From Paraspadella gotoi (taxonomy: Eukaryota; Animalia; Chaetognatha): a DNA stretch of 11,324 nt. Positions 9,089 to 11,324 of the stretch are shown piece by piece. The notes beneath the pieces were generated by a model. The model was not told where the DNA came from. It was given only the letters and a program-made list of their open reading frames with translations, and did no database searches. The stretch covers positions 1 to 11,324 of the forward strand of contig JBJCIZ010000377.1 of NCBI GenBank assembly GCA_051294375.1, read 5' to 3'. Position numbers and translations under genes: made by a program. Positions within the stretch are counted from its first letter, which is position 1. Each line of letters begins with the position of its first letter.

Positions 9089-10355
9089 TTATAACAACGA
9101 AATGTTTGAATCAAAATCGGAACTAACTTCCCCGAAACTGGAATCGAGACTCGAGTCGAGAGTAAGCGTGAGATCGTCGTCGTCGCTGTCGTCGTCGTCG
9201 TCGTCGTCCTCGTCGTCGCTGTCGTCGTCGTCGTCGTCCTCGTCGACGTCGTCGTCTTCGGTTTTCCACAGGCTCGTCGACGATTGTTCATCGGACGTCC
9301 AATCTTCTTCCGTTAACGTCTCCTCTTCTGTCCATTTCTCTTTCTCCTTTGGGTCCTCTTCTATCCTTTTCTCTTTCTCCCTCGTTCCCTCTTCTTTCCA
9401 ATGACTCTTTAAGGTTCGGTCCTCTCCTTTCCACTTCTCTTTCAACCTCCTTTCCTTTTCAAGCCAATCTCTCTTCAACATCCCGCTCAACTGATTCTCT
9501 TCTCCAGTTGAACTTTCGTCTTCGTGATCCCACCTCCAACGAAACATCTCTTCTTTTCTCCTCCAACTTTTCAGTCCCTTTTTTTCTCGATTCAGCTCTC
9601 GTCGTTTCAACCCATGGTCACTTTCCTTCCTCTCTTTTTCTAACTTACTTCTATCATACCTTTCCTCCTTTCCTTCTTCCTCTTCCTTCTCCTCCTCCTC
9701 CTCATTGGAACGATGAACTATCACCAAAGGAAGTTCGAACATTTCCATGCAGTCGTTGTTGTTGTTGTTATTATAATTGTTCGAGTTATAGAAAGAATCG
9801 TTATTTAACAAGTTTCTTGAATCCATTTCTGATTCACTTCTTTTTCTTCTTCTCCTATTTTTATTCGCCATGATTAGTTTTCTAATTTCAGATTCTTGAT
9901 TTCGGTTCGATTCGCTCTTCTGCTCCTCATCAGTGACTGACTCTATTGTCACAATAAGTTGGGCTTCCGCATCTTTTTCGCCCGAGATCAAAGACGGATT
10001 CTCTTCCATCAACGACAGAACTGACTTCTCTTGCTCCTGACCTAAATCCTCTGGCCCCATCAACAACGGCTGCTCCTCTTGCTGCAACAATAATGGCGGC
10101 TCCTCTTGCTCCATTAACAACGGCTGCTCCTCTTGCTTCAACAAAAGTAGGGGCTTCTCTTGCTCCATAAACAAAGGCTGCTCCTCTTGCTGAATCAACA
10201 GCGGCGGCTCCTCTCGTAACAACTCCTCTTGCTCAATGAGCAAAGGCTCTTCTTCCAACAGCAAGGGCTGCTCCTCGGCCTGCGAACTCGATTGTCCTCT
10301 TCGAGAATTTTTGCGCAAATTTTCTACAGACGAGGACGGGTTGAAGAGAGGGCTC
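9089..10355 (-). CDS. EGF-TM protein, terminal exon encoding a long acidic, low-complexity cytoplasmic tail
   Basis: Acceptor ...ctcttccatcgctccctag| at 10358-10356. AG+G restores Arg and joins in frame to the 409-aa ORF (RSPLFNPSSSVENLRKNSRRG...DSNISLL*), 1267 nt with no internal stop in AT-rich DNA. The stop is TAA at 9091-9089 and two AATAAA follow. Confidence 0.75.
10058..10276 (-). repeat. Coding tandem repeat (21-27-nt units) encoding xQEE(Q/P)PLLx
   Basis: Nine degenerate units within the terminal exon; + strand core ggctgctcctcttgct recurs. Confidence 0.9.
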
Positions 10356-10668
10356 CTAGGGAGCGATGGAAGAGATTAAATGGACACCCACCAAGACCAG
10401 AAAGACCACCTCAACCACCAAGACCAGNNNNNNNNNNNNNNNNNNNNNNNNNNNNNNNNNNNNNNNNNNNNNNNNNNNNNNNNNNNNNNNNNNNNNNNNN
10501 NNNNNNNNNNNNNNNNNNNNNNNNNNNNNNNNNNNNNNNNNNNNNNNNNNNNNNNNNNNNNNNNNNNNNNNNNNNNNNNNNNNNNNNNNNNNNNNNNNNN
10601 NNNNNNNNNNNNNNNNNNNNNNNNNNNNNNNNNNNNNNCACAACAACAGCCACAACAACAGCCACAAC

Positions 10669-10843
10669 CTTTGCGCCTTGACGAAGAAGACCAGCGCGCA
10701 TCCTATGACGGAACCGGCGACGACGACGCCGCCGACGACGAAAACGACGACGACGAAACGAAACCAAAATGAATTTTCGACGTCGCAAAATTCGCCTTCG
10801 AAGCTTGGAGGACATTCGCATGAGAAAGAGAAGGAGGCGCCGT
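10669..10843 (-). CDS. EGF-TM protein, exon with EGF Cys4-Cys6 and a single transmembrane helix
   Basis: A long polypyrimidine tract and CAG acceptor (10846-10844) precede it. It reads (D)GASFSFSCECPPSFEGEFCDVENSFWFRFVVVVFVVGGVVVAGSVIGCALVFFVKAQ(R). C-x-C-x8-C completes the EGF. A 26-aa hydrophobic run (10757-10680) is followed by K/R. The donor AAG|GTTGTG at 10668 (phase 2) is non-optimal but phase-consistent. Confidence 0.82.
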
Positions 10844-11013
10844 CTGAGAGAGGGAGTGGGAGGGAAGGGGAGAGGGGAGAGAGAATAGGGAGGGGAAGGG
10901 ATGGGAGGGGATTGGGGAAAGAGAGAAAGAGGAGTGGAAGGGATGGGAGGGAACTTGAAAGTAATGTATGTAAAACAAAATTTATACTGTTTAGTAGGGA
11001 AATAAAACCAAAT

Positions 11014-11039
11014 TTCTCTCTCTCTCTCTCTCTCTCTCT
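11014..11039. repeat. (CT)n microsatellite in the EGF-TM intron, running into a gap
   Basis: Perfect CT run. Confidence 0.9.
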
Positions 11040-11233
11040 NNNNNNNNNNNNNNNNNNNNNNNNNNNNNNNNNNNNNNNNNNNNNNNNNNNNNNNNNNNNN
11101 NNNNNNNNNNNNNNNNNNNNNNNNNNNNNNNNNNNNNNNNNNNNNNNNNNNNNNNNNNNNNNNNNNNNNNNNNNNNNNNNNNNNNNNNNNNNNNNNNNNN
11201 NNNNNNNNNNNNNNNNNNNNNNNNNNNNNNNNN

Positions 11234-11324
11234 CGTCCTCCACAGTCTCGACGCAAGTTCCTCCGTTCAAACAAGGTTTCGACTCGCACCCTTTGACGAT
11301 CAACTCCGCGATCGTCGTCTCCAC
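11234..11324 (-). CDS. EGF-TM protein, partial exon: end of an upstream extracellular domain plus EGF Cys1-Cys3
   Basis: VETTIAELIVKGCESKPCLNGGTCVETVED(G); C-x4-C-LNGGT-C is a typical EGF start. The exon runs off the window edge. The last visible base (G at 11234) is phase-compatible with the next exon (G+AC = Asp). The donor is hidden in gap 11040-11233. Confidence 0.8.

Noticed and set aside
9082-9873. Poly-S, poly-T and Ser/Phe-rich ORFs overlapping the terminal exon
   Set aside because: Antisense or alternate-frame shadows of the acidic, purine-rich coding strand.
9089-10318. 409-aa ORF as a stand-alone single-exon gene
   Set aside because: It starts at TTG. The frame extends up to a good acceptor at 10356 that is phase-compatible with the TM exon, so it is better read as a terminal exon.
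10785-11290. Neuregulin/Vein/EGFR-ligand, Delta or Crumbs assignment
   Set aside because: C1-x4-C2 spacing and a Cys3/Cys4 intron do not fit ErbB ligands. Only one EGF is visible and the tail lacks the short Crumbs ERLI end. No gene symbol assigned.
10356-11324. 322-aa ORF as continuous coding sequence
   Set aside because: It reads through two gaps, an (AG)n run and a polypyrimidine tract; only the EGF and TM parts are exonic.

Overview
AT-rich, microsatellite-dense eukaryotic DNA, most likely an invertebrate animal (spliceosomal introns, a FoxJ2/3 gene, abundant CpG). It comes from a gapped draft assembly with 12 N-runs. Two partial spliced genes lie on the minus strand. (1) A forkhead exon (1610-1882, extending into a gap) closely matches FoxJ3/FoxJ2 and ends at the GWK|GT intron; its exon end and splice donor are tandemly duplicated. 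(2) The last three exons (11324-11234, 10843-10669, 10355-9089) of an unrecognised single-pass membrane protein encode an EGF domain, a Val/Gly-rich TM helix and a ~425-aa cytoplasmic tail. That tail holds a tandem array of acidic-dileucine (EEQPLL-type) motifs, a basic cluster, a Trp repeat in exact 11-residue register and a poly-Asp tract. Between the genes are CpG-rich islands with RFX X-box, CRE, E-box and ETS motifs, a ~170-bp fold-back element, a 21-bp minisatellite and many SSRs. Most ORFs in the track are SSR or gap artefacts. All gene models are manual and unverified by transcript data.
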